From: Glaucostegus cemiculus
Taxonomy: Eukaryota
Direction of reading: 5' to 3'
NCBI GenBank assembly: GCA_976551045.1
Contig: CDPCPM010000275.1
Coordinates: 4,960,001-5,024,000, forward strand
DNA length: 64,000 nucleotides
In this document: piece after piece, positions 1 through 13,160 of the stretch
Position numbering within the stretch: position 1 is the stretch's first letter
How the letters are laid out: each line of letters opens with the position of its first letter
Translations under genes and position numbers: made by a program
The notes under the pieces: model-generated
Told to the model about the DNA's origin: nothing
What the model saw: the letters and a program-made list of their open reading frames with translations, nothing else
Databases searched by the model: none

Positions 1-500
1 GTGAAAGGTGAGAACTATATCTTTGTACTGTTTGGAGGGAATGGGGTATGAGAATAGAAGTCTGTGAAATTTTGGAAATGCAAGAAAGGGCTCCATCAAC
101 CACAGGAGAAGGGAAGCCACGTTGCCTGAATAAGTACATTTCCTGGAATAGAAGGCGTCATCTAGAGAGCAGATGCAGCGAAGAAGGAGACACTGGGAAA
201 AAGGGATAACATCATTACAAGAGACAGGGTGAGAAGATTATAGTCTAGGTAGCTGAGAGTGTTGGTGGGTTTATCATAGATAGTGGATAGTTTGCTCCTG
301 AAGTGGAGACAGAGGCTCCAGAAAAGGGAGAAAATTCTCAGAAGTGGTCCAAAGGAATTTGAGAACTGGGTGGAAGTTAGTAGTGAAGGTGGTAAAATTG
401 ACAAGTTCCACCTGGATGCAGGAAGCAGCACCAATGCAGTCACCAATGTAACAGAGAAAGAATTGGGGAGTGGTACCAGAGAAAGTTTGGAACAAAAGGG
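1..500 (-). mobile_element. Penelope-like element (PLE) reverse transcriptase remnant, runs off window start
   Basis: Minus-strand ORFs read FFLCYIGDCIGAASC (decayed YIDD), FTTNFHPVLKFLWTTSENFLPFL and STIYDKPTNTLSYLDY, typical of the PLE RT C-terminal half; frameshifted. Confidence 0.85.
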
Positions 501-504
501 TAGA

Positions 505-655
505 TGCTTTGAGACTGTTCTGGGGTTGATCAGGGACTATAAAGGAACGGTTGAGGACAAGGATGTATAGTGTTAAAATAAAAGGCCAGCCATTTTAGAC
601 TGAGGTAAGGAGGGACTTATCTCTCAGAGGGTTGTAAATCTTTGATATTCTCTAA
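505..655 (+). mobile_element. short CR1 LINE 3' fragment
   Basis: ttttagactgaggtaaggagggacttatctctcagagggttgtaaatcttt resembles CR1 ORF2 end seen at 20400 and 40720. Confidence 0.5.
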
Positions 656-657
656 TC

Positions 658-1020
658 CACCAGTGCTCCATCTACAAAATGCACTGCAGTTAAGTATCAA
701 TTACTTCCAAACCCACAATGTCTACAAGAACAACAAGGCATGGAACCTTACCAACCAGACAGTCCCTTCTAAACCACAGCGTCCTAACTTAAAAACATAT
801 CACCTTTCATTCATTGTCACTAGCTCTAAATCCTGTAACACCTTTTCCAGCAATGAAGTGCGAGTACCATCACCAGAAGGATTTATAGACTCTCAGACTT
901 ATTATAGCAGAAAAGTTCAAAAAGGCTGCTCCCCACCAGGTTCTCAAGGGCAATGAGGAATGGGCAACAAATGCTGGTTTTGCTAATAATGCCCACAACC
1001 CTTAAATCAGTAACAAATAA
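658..1020 (+). mobile_element. 3' end of a second CR1-group LINE family ('family B')
   Basis: Ends ...ttctcaagggcaatgaggaatgggcaacaaatgctgg...gcccacaaccc then A-rich; related tails at 55165-55385 (+), ~6560 (-) and ~60000 (-). Confidence 0.6.
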
Positions 1021-1554
1021 ACTTGTGTTACTCCTCAGCTATTCTAATGGAAGAGAGAATGTGAGGCTGCCATGAATGCTGTCATCCTCTTTGCAAATCA
1101 AATTCATGATTCACTGAATTCATGCCACTTACCTAAAATGATACCTCAGTAACCGTACTGAAGGATGGATTGATGAAATAGTGCAAAACTCATAAACCTG
1201 AATTTTCTTGACAACAACTTGAACTTGCTTAGAGTCTGAGCTTCCACTACTGTATTGGGAGGCTTGTGCTTGAGTTAAGATGACTACTTGATAGTTTGGT
1301 CAATAAGTATGCAAACAGACCTCCCCACCAACTTAATTCAAAAGGAGTGGGTGCAGGCTCTGCAGAGAGCTCTGTGCAAGGTGACTGCTGATCCTTTCTA
1401 TATTGCTTCATACAGCCTTTCATTTTATCTCACAACTGACCAGTTGATCATTCTTTAAACAAATTTGATGTGAATATGTTTACTCTTTGGACCTGATTAT
1501 TCATTAGTGCTCTGTTCCATCAACTATATCAACAGAAAATAAAGCATTGGAAAT

Positions 1555-2230
1555 AACAAAAATGCTGACGCTCTAAATCTAAAACAAAAACAGAAAATCC
1601 TGGAAGTATTCAGCAGAGCAGGAGGACAAGACCAAAAGATAAGGCTGGCCTTATCCACTACTCCCAGAGAAAATCGGAGAAATAAAAGGGGAAGAAAGGA
1701 ACCTCAAGTTATTTTCAGAGGATGACTGATGCAGGCTGAGAAATCAAGCTACCTGAAGTTATAAAATTCAGTATCGAGTTCAGAAGGCTGCAACATGCCC
1801 AGACAGAAGATGAGCTGCTGTTCCTCAAGTTTGCATTGGGCTTCACTGTGACAGACCAATAGGTAAAAATGGGAAGGTGAATTGAAGTGGCAAGCAAAAG
1901 AAAGTAGACTGAATGCGGGTGTTCTGCAAAGCACTCACCCAATCTGTGTTTGGTTTCTCCAATGTAGAGGACACCACATTGTGAACACTGAGTACAGCAC
2001 ACTAGATTGAGAAAAGTCCAAGTGAATTGCTGCTTCATCGAAAAACACTGGGTCACTGGATGGTGGAAAGGGGAGAGGAGAAAGAACAAGTGTTGCATTA
2101 CTTGTGTTTGCAAGGAAAAGTGTCGTAAGAAGGAGGGTGGTTGGTAAGTATGGAAGAATGAACCAAAGAGAACAATCCCTACAAAATGCTGAAAGGGGAG
2201 GAGAGGGGAAAAGGTGTCTATGACGGAATC
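1555..2230 (-). mobile_element. PLE 3' part: GIY-YIG endonuclease remnant plus terminal repeat
   Basis: ORF 1715..2266 has CSQCGVLYIGETKHRLGECFAEH; ORF 1749..1934 has KLEEQQLIFCLGMLQPSELDTEFYNFR; repeat end at ~1555-1620. Confidence 0.9.
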
Positions 2231-2250
2231 TCTTTGAAAATGCTCTGCAA

Positions 2251-2530
2251 TTTGCAACTCTCTCATTCTTTTGTCTATGTTCTTTTGGCTATGTTCTTAC
2301 TTTCTAACTGCTCTCATTCACTCATTTACCCAATAACTTTGTTTACAGTTTATTGTCATCCCAGTTTCACCATATCAGAGACAACCCCTTTCCCCGACCC
2401 ACCCTGCAGCTTTACAAGCTGCTTCTGTCTCCTTTTCAATTCTAACAAAGAGTCTTCGACCTGAAACAAACTCTGTTTCTCTTTCCACAGATGTGGCCTG
2501 ACCTGCTGAGTATTTCCAGCATTTTCTGAA
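2251..2530 (+). mobile_element. PLE terminal repeat (pLTR), inverted relative to adjacent PLE body
   Basis: gacctgaaac...ccacagatgtggcctgacctgctgagtatttccagcattttctg is the reverse complement of the repeat at 1555-1620. Confidence 0.75.
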
Positions 2531-2848
2531 AATAAGACCTTAAATTACTTCATTATATTGAATGATATTTTATGTGATAACAATGATAATTCCATAAATT
2601 CACTGTTCTTTTATATATATGTATCCCAATGATAAAACAACAAGCACTATAATATTGCTTTGTGACACAGCATGAAGAAATGGAAGCAACCACAGAATTT
2701 TCAAACTTCAAGCAATGTTGAGATGTTGGGTTTCTATTGCAATAAAACTTGCATTTTATAATCTTCTCAATCACAATGCATTTCATTAATGAACATAAAA
2801 AAAGTTACAATGATATGTTTTGTCATCTAGCATTAAAAATGAAACTTA

Positions 2849-3010
<162 letters not shown>

Positions 3011-3541
3011 TCATGTGTCACCAAGTAATTCACAAAAACAATATATGCAACAAAACTTTAAAATAATAGTTACAAAGTTTTAACTATGAATTATAAATTT
3101 GGGAAGTGCCTTTTGTCATTTCATATATTAGCAATGCAAGTTCTACTTAAATCTGAACTTCATCTTGTGAAGTTGAAGGATGCATTCACTGTGATCAAAA
3201 CAGTTTCACTGCAGTCTTCTGTTGATTTACAAACACAGAAAACATCATATACTGACAATAGTTATAGCACAGAAGACCATTCAGTCCACTGAGATTATGC
3301 TGGTCCCCAGGGCAATTCCATTCCACTATACATTTCCCACAACTCTGCAAAGTATTATTTTTCAATGGCAAATATGCTGCCCCACCCAAAAAGAACATGG
3401 CCCAAGATCAGGACTAGATACTTGCATCTCTTTCTCTTAAACGTGTACTTCTACATTAGCACAGATGGAAAAACAGGCAGTACTATTTTGACTTTTACAC
3501 CCAACTCAACTCAAAGACTATTTTGCATGACAAATATATGT

Positions 3542-3645
3542 TTTGCAACTCTCTCATTCTTTTGTCTATGTTCCTTTGTCCATGTTCTCACTCTCTAACT
3601 GCTCCCATTCACTCACTGACCAGATAACCTTGTTTACTGTTTATT
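3542..3645 (+). repeat. ~105 bp diverged direct copy of 2251-2354
   Basis: Both start tttgcaactctctcattcttttgtctatgttc and stay alignable to tgtttac.gtttatt. Confidence 0.9.
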
Positions 3646-3764
3646 CCCACTATCAGCACCAGCTCATACCTAAATTTCACAGCTTTACAAACTGCATGTT
3701 ATAGAAGCCATAAACATATTCTAACTCATAAAAATCACAGAAACTTAATTTCAACAATTTATCT

Positions 3765-5895
3765 GAGGTAATCATGGAGAAGGATAGGACTTTCCTTGGG
3801 TTGAGACTGAGTAAGGCCAATTTTGATGGCATCAGAAGGGATCTGGCTGGCATGGATTGGGATAGGCTGCTTTCCGGCAAAGAGATGCTTGTTAAGTGCA
3901 AGGTTCTCAAAAGTGAAATATTGAAAGTATAGAATCTATATGGTCCTGTTAGAATAAAAGACAAGGATAACAGGTTTAGGGAACTTTGGTTATTGAGGGA
4001 TATTGAAGCCCTGGTAAAGAAAAAGATGGCACATATGAGGTACAGGCAGTTAAAATGAGGTGCTCGGGGAGTACAAGAGCTACAAGAGAACACTTACGAG
4101 AGAGATCAGGAGGGCAAAAAGAGGCCATGAGGTTGCTCTGGCAGACAAGGTAAAAGAGAATACCAAGGGTTTCTATGGTTACATTTAGAGCAAAAGGGTA
4201 GAAAGGGACAAAATCGGTCCTTTTGAAGATCAGCATGGTCATCTATCATGAAGCCAAAAGCGATGGGGGAGATCTTAAATTAATTAAATACTTAAGTGTT
4301 TTTACTCTGGAGACAGACACAGAGACGATAGAACTGAGGCAAAAGAGTAGTGAGGTCATGGGCCACATCTGGATTTGGAAGAGGAGGTGCTGGCTGCCTT
4401 GATGCGAATGAAGGTGGATAAATCCCCAGGGCCTGACAAGGTGTCCCCTCGGATCTTGAAGGAGGCTAGTGCAGAAATTGCAGGGGCCTTAGCAGAGATA
4501 TTTAGAACATCCTTAGCCATAGGTGAGGTGCTGGAGAACTGGAGGATAGCTAATGTTCCGTTGTTCAAGAAAGGCTCCAAGAATAAGCCTGGAAATTACA
4601 GGCCGGTGAGCCTGATGTCAGGCATGGGTAAATTATTGGAAGGTATTCTAAGGGACAAGATATATGAGTATTTGGATAGACAGAGCCTGATTAGGGATAG
4701 TCGACATGACTTTGTGCGTGGTAGATCATGTCTTGGTAGAGTTCTTCAAGGAGGTTACCAAGAAAGTCGATGAGGGAAAGGCAGTGGATGCTGTCTACAC
4801 GGACTTCAGCAAGGCCTTTGACAAAGTCCTGCATGGAGGGCTGGTCCAAAAGGTTAAGTCACTTGGCATTCAGGATGAAGTAACCAATTGGATTCAACAT
4901 TGGCTGAGCAGGAGCAGCTAGAGAGTAGTAGTAGATGGTTGCCTCTCTGAGTGGAGGCCTGTGACTAGTGGTGTGCCGCAGGGATCAGTGCTATGTCTGT
5001 TGTTGTTTATCACCTATATTAATGATTTAGATGATAATGTGGTAAACTGGACCAGCAAACTTGCAGATGACACCAAGACTGGGGGTGTAGTGGACAGTGA
5101 GGAAGGCTATCAAAGCTTGCAGGGTGATCTTGATCATCTTGGAAAATGGGCTGAAAAATAACTAATGGAATTTAATGCAGACAGATGTGAGGTGTTGCAC
5201 TTTGGGAGAACCAACGAAGATAAGACTTGCACAGTGAATGGTAGGGCTCTGAGGTGTGGCATAGTTCTTTGAAAGTGGCATCACAGGTAGATTGGGTCAT
5301 AAAGAGCTTTTAGCACTTTGGCCTTCAAAAATCAGGGCACTAAGTAGAGGAGTTGGGAAGTTATTGATGAAGTTGTACAACACGTTGGTGAGGCCGAGTT
5401 TAGAGTACTGTGTACAGTTCAGGTCACCTACCGACAGGAAATATTAATAAGCCTTAAAGAATTCAGAGAAAACTTACAAGAATCTTGCAGGGACTTGAGG
5501 ACCTGAGTTATAGGGAAAGGTTTAATAGGTTAAGACTTTATTCCTTGGAGCACAGGAGAATGAGGGGAGATCTCATAGTGGTATACAAAACTATGAGTGG
5601 TATAGATAGGGTGAATGCCTGCAGGCTTCTTCCCCCTAATGTTAGTTGAGACTAAAACTAGAGGACATAGGGTGAAAGGCAGAATATTTAAGGCGATTCT
5701 GTTCACTCAGAAGGAAGTGCGAGTGGTAGATGCAGGTTCAATTGTAATATTTAAGAGCGATTTGGATAGGTACATGAATGGGAAGAGTTTGGAGGGATAT
5801 GCTCCAGGTGCAGGTACATGGAAACAGGCAGAAGATCAGGTCGGCATGGACTAGATGAGCCGTAGGACCTGTTTCTGTACTGTAGTACTCTATAC
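3765..5895 (+). mobile_element. CR1 LINE, 5'-truncated, decayed ORF2 (RT) and 3' tail
   Basis: KSPGPD, NKPGNYRPVSL, DFSKAFDKV, TSGVPQGSVL, SKLADDTK in order across several frames; tail gacctgtttctgtactgtagtactctata. Confidence 0.95.
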
Positions 5896-5909
5896 CTCAA
5901 ATTCATGAA

Positions 5910-6535
5910 CCCAATGGCACGTACACCAAGTTTTCAAATTTTAGATAACCTCTGGTGTGTCCCACTCCTCCCATTTCCCACCATCCCCTCCACACTCCCC
6001 ATTTCCATCCCCCGCTCCCTCCTACACACACAGTTCACCGACAAGCTTCTTCTCTCCCCTCTCCTGCTCTTCCCCCATCTTGTTCTGATTCCATCTACCA
6101 TTCTCCTCTCCTTTAACACTCCCCATTATCACCTCCCTTACTTATCAGATTCCAGCACTGGTAACCTTTGTGTTCTTGCTTATCACCCTCCAGCAGCTGC
6201 CTCCACCTCCACCCTCTCCTCCCACCTCATTCCATCTGCCCCTCCTGTTTTCCTCTCTGTCTCCATCCCTGATCCACTTGCCTCTGTGTCCTAACTACAC
6301 CCCTTCCTTCCTATACTTAGTTTGACCTTCCTGTCATCTTTCACCCTCCTCAGTCCACCAATCACCTCGGATTCCTGTTTCACCACTCACCCTCTCCTCT
6401 TCATACTCTCAGTCCTGATGCAGTTTTGACTTGAAACAATCCCTCCCCGCCCCCCAGAGATGCTGCTCAACCCACTGATTTCCTCCAGCAGACTGTTTGT
6501 AACTCAAGATTCCAGCATCTGCAGTCTCATGTCTT
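5910..6535 (+). mobile_element. PLE 3' end: pyrimidine-rich UTR and pLTR with decayed hammerhead
   Basis: ttttcaaattttagataa (FSNFR* ORF end), long C/T tract, cagtcctgatgcag...ttgaaac, gattccagcatctgcagtc. Confidence 0.75.
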
Positions 6536-6559
6536 CAAGCAATTCATTTCTTTTCAAGT

Positions 6560-7590
6560 TAACCAAGTACGAATATTGTTGGCAAACCACACACTTATTG
6601 TACTTTAAAGTAGCAGTGAGCCACCTTGTACTCTCATCTTATTAACATCTCAGTGTTCCAGGAATATGCCCCAGTGAGAATGAAGGTTACATGTGTTAGT
6701 TAGGATAATGTGCAACATGCAGGAGATGGTATTTCATTGCGCCTACATCTCTTGATCTTCGAATAGAGGAAAACCCAGGTCTCAGAAGTGTTGTCAAATC
6801 AGCTTTGGCAAGTTACTTCACTGCACCTTGCAAATGATACATACTGGACCTACAATACACTAACAGTGCAAAGAAATAATGTTTAAGATGATAAATGTGG
6901 TGCTGTCAGCTGGGCTGCTTTGTCTTGTGTGATGTCAAGATTTGAATTTTATTGGGACTGTAATCATAAAGGAATGCAGAAAATGTTCATTTGCACTCAA
7001 GATTTGAGCCCTTTTACCAGTTGGACAGACTGTGGGAAGTCAGGACAATCAGCAGCTGGAAAGTGGCACAGTGGTAGCAAGGCTACTGCTTCAGAGCCCC
7101 AGCAACTTGTGTTCGATCCTGATTGCTGGTTCTGCCTGTGTGGAATTTGCACATTCTCCCTGTAACCCGTGGGTTTTCTCTGGATGCTCCTGTTTCTTTG
7201 CACATTCCAAAGATAGGCAATAGTTAACTGGCCACTGTAAATTGCCCTGAGTATCGTTATTAATAGATCTTGGAGCAATTGATGGAAATGTAGAGAGAAT
7301 GAAATGGCATTCGTATAAATAGGTGCTCGATGGTTGGAGTGGGCTCAGTGAGCTGAAGGACTCATTTCTTTACTATATGACTCCATGAAAATCTAAGAAT
7401 CTGTGAGTGAATCACTCTTCCCCATTCCACCCTGAATAACCAATATTTAGGTGGCTGGTCGAGTTAAGTTTCTGGTCAATGGTAAAATTGCTTGTGGAGG
7501 AATTTTGCAGTAGTCAAGTGTCAACTGTTAAGCCAAGGTGATTAGACACTTGCCTTAATAATAGATTAGACACTGTCTTGCACATTTATG
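6560..7590 (-). mobile_element. family B CR1-group LINE 3' region, interrupted by a SINE
   Basis: Partly reverse-complementary to 658-1020; LINE-like sequence resumes after the SINE at ~7400. Confidence 0.55.
7060..7392 (+). mobile_element. tRNA-derived SINE (HE1/V-SINE-like) with CR1-type tail
   Basis: A-box-like gtggcacagtgg, B box gttcgatcc, central tgtggaatttgcacattctccctgt, tail gctgaaggactcatttctttactatatgactccatga. Confidence 0.85.
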
Positions 7591-7765
7591 TGGCATAGCA
7601 GCATTGTGGTTGTATGATTAGACAAGTAATGCAAATTCCTGGACCAATGACCCAGCGATAAAAGTTAAAATTCTATCACAGCAACAGGAGAATTTAAATT
7701 CAGTGAATTTAATAATCTCAACAGTGACTTGAAAACTGCTGAACTGTCTTCAAATTCCTTCTGGC
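7590..7765 (+). mobile_element. decayed tRNA-derived SINE of a different family
   Basis: Degenerate head then ggagaatttaaattcagt; reverse relative at ~39395-39495. Confidence 0.4.
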
Positions 7766-8032
7766 TTACAGACTGTGGTAGAATAGAATTCTGTTGCTGT
7801 GCCTTGCTCAGAGTATCTCATGGATATGTTGTGCTTCCAGATCTGTTCTGAATCCATCCTGTTTAGGTCAACAGTAGTACTACTGGGAGTGACCATCACA
7901 AAGTCCAAAAATAAAACTTCTGTCTTTACAGCAAGGACACCCTTTATTTCCAACAACTTCCAAACCTGAATTGTTAACTGTTTCTCTTTCCATAAATGCT
8001 GCCTGATCTAATGATTCACTTTCAAGTTCAGC

Positions 8033-8280
8033 TAACATAGAACAATACAGCACAAAACAGGCCCTTCGGCCCACCAAGTTGTGCCGTCCTTCAAACGTCT
8101 CACAATCTAACTCTTTCCTCCCACATATGCTACTATTCCACATTCTTCCATGTGCCTATCTAACAATCTCTTGAACCTGTCCAACGTATCTGCCTCTACT
8201 ACCACCCCAGGCAGCGCATTCCATGCACCAACCACTCTCTGGGTGAAAAACTTCCCTCTGACATCTCCCCTGAACTTTAA
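8033..8280 (-). mobile_element. CR1 3' end
   Basis: ORF KFRGDVRGKFFTQRVVGAWNALP...DRH; tail catagaacaatacagcacaaaacaggcccttcggccc. Confidence 0.9.
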
Positions 8281-8339
8281 CGTCAAGCACACAACTGTTT
8301 ATTGTATCATTTTAAATTTATTTATTATGCTTCAATAAG

Positions 8340-8635
8340 AAGGCTATTCCTGATTGCCATTTTTCCTTGTTAGATGTCAGCTGCAAATCTGGAAATTTGT
8401 CCAAGTCATTAATACATATTAATAAAAACAGTGGGCCCAGCATCAACCCCTGGTGAACACTTTCTTTCAGTCTGAAAAACAATAATTCATGACAACTTCC
8501 TCTTTCCTGTCACCAAGTGGATTTTCTTTAGATGCTGCAACTGTCTGTTTTATCCAATGAGATTCAGTCTTGATAACCAGTCTCTGATGGAGCACTTTAC
8601 CAAATGTCTTCTGAAAACTTAAGTCCAGATCTGAA
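8340..8635 (-). mobile_element. old CR1 RT fragment
   Basis: ORF 8467..8682 LSFQKTFGKVLHQRL resembles LDFQKAFDKVPHQRL. Confidence 0.6.
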
Positions 8636-8640
8636 ACATT

Positions 8641-10272
8641 CAAGTCAGGTGACCCTAACCTGTACAAGAAATCGAGGTACAACCTTCACAAAGCCATCAG
8701 GAATGTCAAGTGACAAAACCAGTCCAAGCTTGAGTCCCAGAATAGCCATCGATTGTGACAAGGCTTGCATGCTATAACGGGCTACAAAGAAAACTCTGGC
8801 AGTATCAGTGGCAACAGCATATCTCCCCCCCATGAGCTCAATGCATTCCATACTCATTTTGTACAGATGATCAGTGAAATGACGTCACCCACCCCAACAA
8901 CTTTGATGCAACTGTACCCACGGTCGCAGATGTCAATCGGCCTTCCTGAGGAAGGACCTGCAGAAAGCAACTGGCCTAGATAGAGCCACGTCCTCAGATC
9001 CTGTGCAGACCAGCTGGCAGGAGTATTCGCTGACATCTTTAACCTCCCCCTACAAAACAAGGATCACACCTGCTTTACGAAGACCACTATCATTCTGGTG
9101 TCAAAGAAAAACAAGACAATATGCTTTATTGACTACCGCACAATGACTCTGACCTCCATCATCATGAAGTGCTTCAAGAGGGTGGTCATGGCACACATCA
9201 ATTCTAGCCTCCCAGACAAGCTCAGTCCACAGCAATTCGCCTACCACCAAAATTGGTCCACAGCAGATGCCATCTCCCTCGTGCTACACTCATCTCTGGA
9301 TGATCTGGACTCCTAATTGACTATAGCTCCGCCTTCAACACCATAATTCCGAACAAACTCATCTCCAAACTCCTAGACCAAGGACCCTGCAGCCCTCTCT
9401 GCAAATAGATCCTTGACTTCCCGAGCAACAGTCTGTACAGATAGGCAACAACACCTCCACAATTGGCCTCAACACCAGTGCCCAGCAAGGCTATGTCCTC
9501 ACCCCTTATTATACTCCCTATACACTTACAACTGTATGGACAAATTCCTCTCTAACTCCACTTAGAAGTTTGCAGATGAAACCACCTTAGTGGACCGGAT
9601 CTCAAACAATGACAAGATGGAGTACAGGAAGGAGACAGAGAGTCTAGTGGCATGATGACATTCTTTCAATGTCAGAAAGATGAAGGAGCTGGTTATTAAC
9701 TTCAGGAAGCAGGATGGAGTACACACCCCTATCTGTATCAATGCTGCTGAGGTGGAGATGGTTAAGAGCTTCAAGGTCCTAGGTGTAAATATCATCAACA
9801 ATCTTTCCTGAGAAATAGCAGAGAGTTGTGAATGCAGTCCAGTCCATCATGCAAACCAACCACCCCTCCACTGTCTTCGTCTACACTTCCTGTTCCCTCA
9901 GAAAAACAGTTAACATAATCAAGTCATTCTCTCTTCTCCCCTCTCGCTTCAGGTAGAAGGTATGAAAGCCTGAGAGCGTGAACCACCAGAATCAAAGACA
10001 GTTTCTATTCCACTATTATCAGACTTTTGAACGGGCCTCTCATATGGTAAAGCATGAACTCTTGAATTCCCAATTCATCTCGTCATGGCCCTTGCACTTT
10101 ATTTGTCTACCTGCACTGCATTTTCTCTGTAACTACAACACTATATTTAGTATTGTTTTCTTTTCACAACTTCAATGTAATTATGCATGGCATGATCTGT
10201 CTGGATGGCACACAAAATAAAAGCTTTTCACTGTATCTCAGTACATGTGACAATATTAAACTAATACCAATC
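8641..10272 (+). mobile_element. Rex1/Babar LINE, 5'-truncated, decayed
   Basis: DYRTMTLTSIIMKCFKRVV, QQFAYHQNWSTADAISL, KFADETT; 3' UTR ends tttcactgtatctcagtacatgtgacaatattaaactaataccaat. Confidence 0.9.
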
Positions 10273-11319
10273 CCAAAAAATAAATTAATCTAACTGCCCT
10301 GGTGTAATTCAAATTCACATCTCTGCATGAATGGTCCAGACCTCTGACTGCTAATACTGTAAGTTATCCACTATTCTCCTGTGCCATGTCCAAACTTAAA
10401 TTCCCCAGGCACTGACGTGGGCCTTGAGTGCTTGTCTTGAATAACAGTTCAGGCCTCCAAATAGTCATCATCATCTAATCATTATGGTTCTGCACCTTGG
10501 GATTATTCTGCTACTTTAAAGATGCTAGACAAATTAAAGATATTGTGGTCGTTGTTGGTTAAACTTGACCTGCACCTGCCATCATGAGAGATGCCAGACT
10601 GCTAATCATCGTGAGTGACAATTTTTATGCTATGGGGTTATTTCAGGCAAATTTAGAGAGCATCATTATTGATGGTTATTTGTACATGACTAATTAAACT
10701 AATAATTGAAAAATTATTTGGTTGATCATTTTCTTTTCAAGAAAAATTGCAAATTGCTGAAAGATTAAGTGACAGAATCCTCCATTTTAATATATTTTAC
10801 CCATACATATTGTTCTCCTTTCATCAACCTCAATAATTGCACAATCAAAAAAATTCCATTCACTCAATCTCTAATATGTCTCTGATCAACATTACATGTG
10901 TTCCAAAATGCAATGATTCTATTAAGTATCAAAGTATTAAACCAATCTTCTAAAAAGTTCAATGCTATCTCCTCCAAGCCATTTGATATTATGTGTGCAT
11001 TTTTCAAGATGCAAGCTGGGGTCCATAATGAGATTCCTTCTGACACAAGTATCGTCCTCCAGCAAATATAGGGATTATCAATTATATTTCAAGTGACTGG
11101 CTCAGCCACATGTTGTTCTGCCATAACATCCACATGTGGAAGATGTTCCTCATAAAAAGGCCTCAGTACACCACAGAAAGACCACGTGAGATGAAAAGTT
11201 GAGAATGAGTCCAGCGAAGCAATGTTCTCTTTTGACTTGCAGAAGGAACAGCTCAATCACCTCGCTACCTGACAGTTTTTGTCCGCCTCCCCAGCAGTCC
11301 CAAAATTGAGATTGGGGCC

Positions 11320-11893
11320 TGTAGTGTGAAAGGTCATGGCTGTCACATGACACCATTGCGCATATGGTCTAAAGCAACACTGCTGTCAATCAAGGGCTGG
11401 CTCCACCCTCCCATTAGTACACACGCTTGACCACTGGCTCCTGTACACACCTTTATACCTGGCCGTGAATCACTGGCTTGTTTGAATTACCTGGGCTAGT
11501 TCCACCCAGCCTTCCAGCACTATAAAGAATGCCACATGTGCATGGTTCGCTCTCTATTGATTGCTCCAGGAATCAAAAAATGCCGAAGGTACCATTGGTA
11601 AGAGTGTGCACTTCCACAGGGGTTAGGAGTGTCCTAAGTAGATTCCCGTGAGCATGGAGCCGATGCTTGCACCGAGTCGGCGGTGGGGGGGGGGTGTCAG
11701 GGTCAGGCATTGTATTATTTCTTCCCTGATCATTTGTAACCAGTTTGTTTTGTGTGTGTGTGTGCACGCGCGCCTGCATCTGTTCCCGTTCATTCTGTCC
11801 TGCGTTTGTCTTTGTGAATAAATCATTTTAAACTCCAAAGGCTGTGTCCAAAGTCCTTGCCCTTTGAAACCTCAAAGAACCTTTCTTACAACA
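11320..11893 (+). mobile_element. solo LTR (574 bp)
   Basis: TG...CA ends, imperfect inverted termini TGTAGTGTGAAAGG / CCTTTCTTACAACA, 5-bp TSD GGGCC (11315-11319, 11894-11898), TATAAAG at 11521, AATAAA at 11817. Confidence 0.9.
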
Positions 11894-11924
11894 GGGCCAC
11901 TACCCAATTTAAATCTGTAGTTTT

Positions 11925-12010
11925 AACCACAGAACAATACAGCACAAAACAGGCCCTTCGGCCCACCAAGTTGTGCCGTCCATCAAACCTCACACGATCT
12001 AACTCTTTCC
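11925..12010 (-). mobile_element. very short CR1 tail
   Basis: Nearly identical to 8037-8120 (agaacaatacagcacaaaacaggcccttcggcccaccaagttgtgccgtcc). Confidence 0.85.
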
Positions 12011-12757
12011 TTCTATATTCAGAAAGATACAGACATGATAAATGTCTTCCAAGTTCCATCAGATTACCACAATCAGTGGTTTCATATATTTGAAGAAATA
12101 CGTGCAGGTGACAGTTGAGTTACTCAAATGATAAGCAGAATCTCCTGTACATTTTTGTTAAGTTTCTGAAGCATTTCAACACAGTTAAAGGCAGCTTAAG
12201 TAACAAACATGTTTAGTGCACACATAAATGATGCGACTAACTTCTATCACTTTGCTTGACTTTATTCGGTTATCGGATCTATTTTTTGAAAGACTAGTAG
12301 GTTGCAAGATAGTAGCAACCAAGTGAGACACTCCTGCTTCCACGCGATGAATCAATGATCACCAGCCAGCAAAACACACCAGAACACACTGAACAACAGT
12401 GCCAGGATGACCATAGCCTACCAAGAAGTAGCATCAAATGGTTGACTGACAGCTTTCCTAGGGTTTGCTGGAGAATGTTCAGGGAGAAACTTTGGGAAGC
12501 CACAAGCCTCAGGTGCTGAAGTTGCAATGACAGGGAGGAGCAATTGTTGGCAGGGGATGGAGAGACTGTATACCACTGTTTGATGACTTCTGCCTTGGGT
12601 ACAAAAGATTGTGCATTGTGTATTTTAATGCTGGTTTTGTCCTTAGTTCTCCGGTCAAAACATCTGCTCTATGGACAACAGGTTAATTATTAGACCAATT
12701 GGGCCCACTGTGAGGCTGAAGTGGGATTGGCAGTAGGATACAAATAAATGAAAATCA

Positions 12758-13160
12758 GTAAGTGCAGATGCTGGAAATCTGAAATAAAAATGGAAAATGC
12801 TTAATGTACTCAATGGGTCAGGCATCACATGTAGAAAGAGAAAAGGTTAATGGTTCAAGACCAAGACTCTTTGCCAGAACTGGGAAAGAGAAAAGTTAAA
12901 TTTTAGTCGAAGCGTAACTGGGGAGGAACCAGTAGAACTAAAGGAATATCTCTGATAGGGCAAGACCAAATGAGCTAATGCAGTAGTTAAAATCAGATTA
13001 TGCTTCCTGGTTACATGTTGCTGAAAGTAAATTTCTTGGATATGCCCAGCAAGCCAGATTATACTAATAAAAAGAAAAACTGAGCCAAATGATGACAGGC
13101 AGAATGGGCAGTTCTGATACAGACAGAAAAAAGTGTTGCCTCAAGTTAGAGATTCAGTAT
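12758..13160 (-). mobile_element. PLE 3' UTR and pLTR
   Basis: tgcagatgctggaaatctgaaataaaaatggaaaatgct... pLTR with decayed hammerhead at ~12845-12882. Confidence 0.7.

Noticed and set aside
1127-1300. Possible minus-strand exon ending AG|GTAAGT (...KKIQVYEFCTISSIHPSVRLLRYHF)
   Set aside because: Frame closed by TGA ~55 codons upstream, no clear acceptor, peptide not recognised.
7060-7130. tRNA gene (also 34798-34870 and 57090-57158)
   Set aside because: A/B boxes present but no cloverleaf, and each continues into a SINE body.
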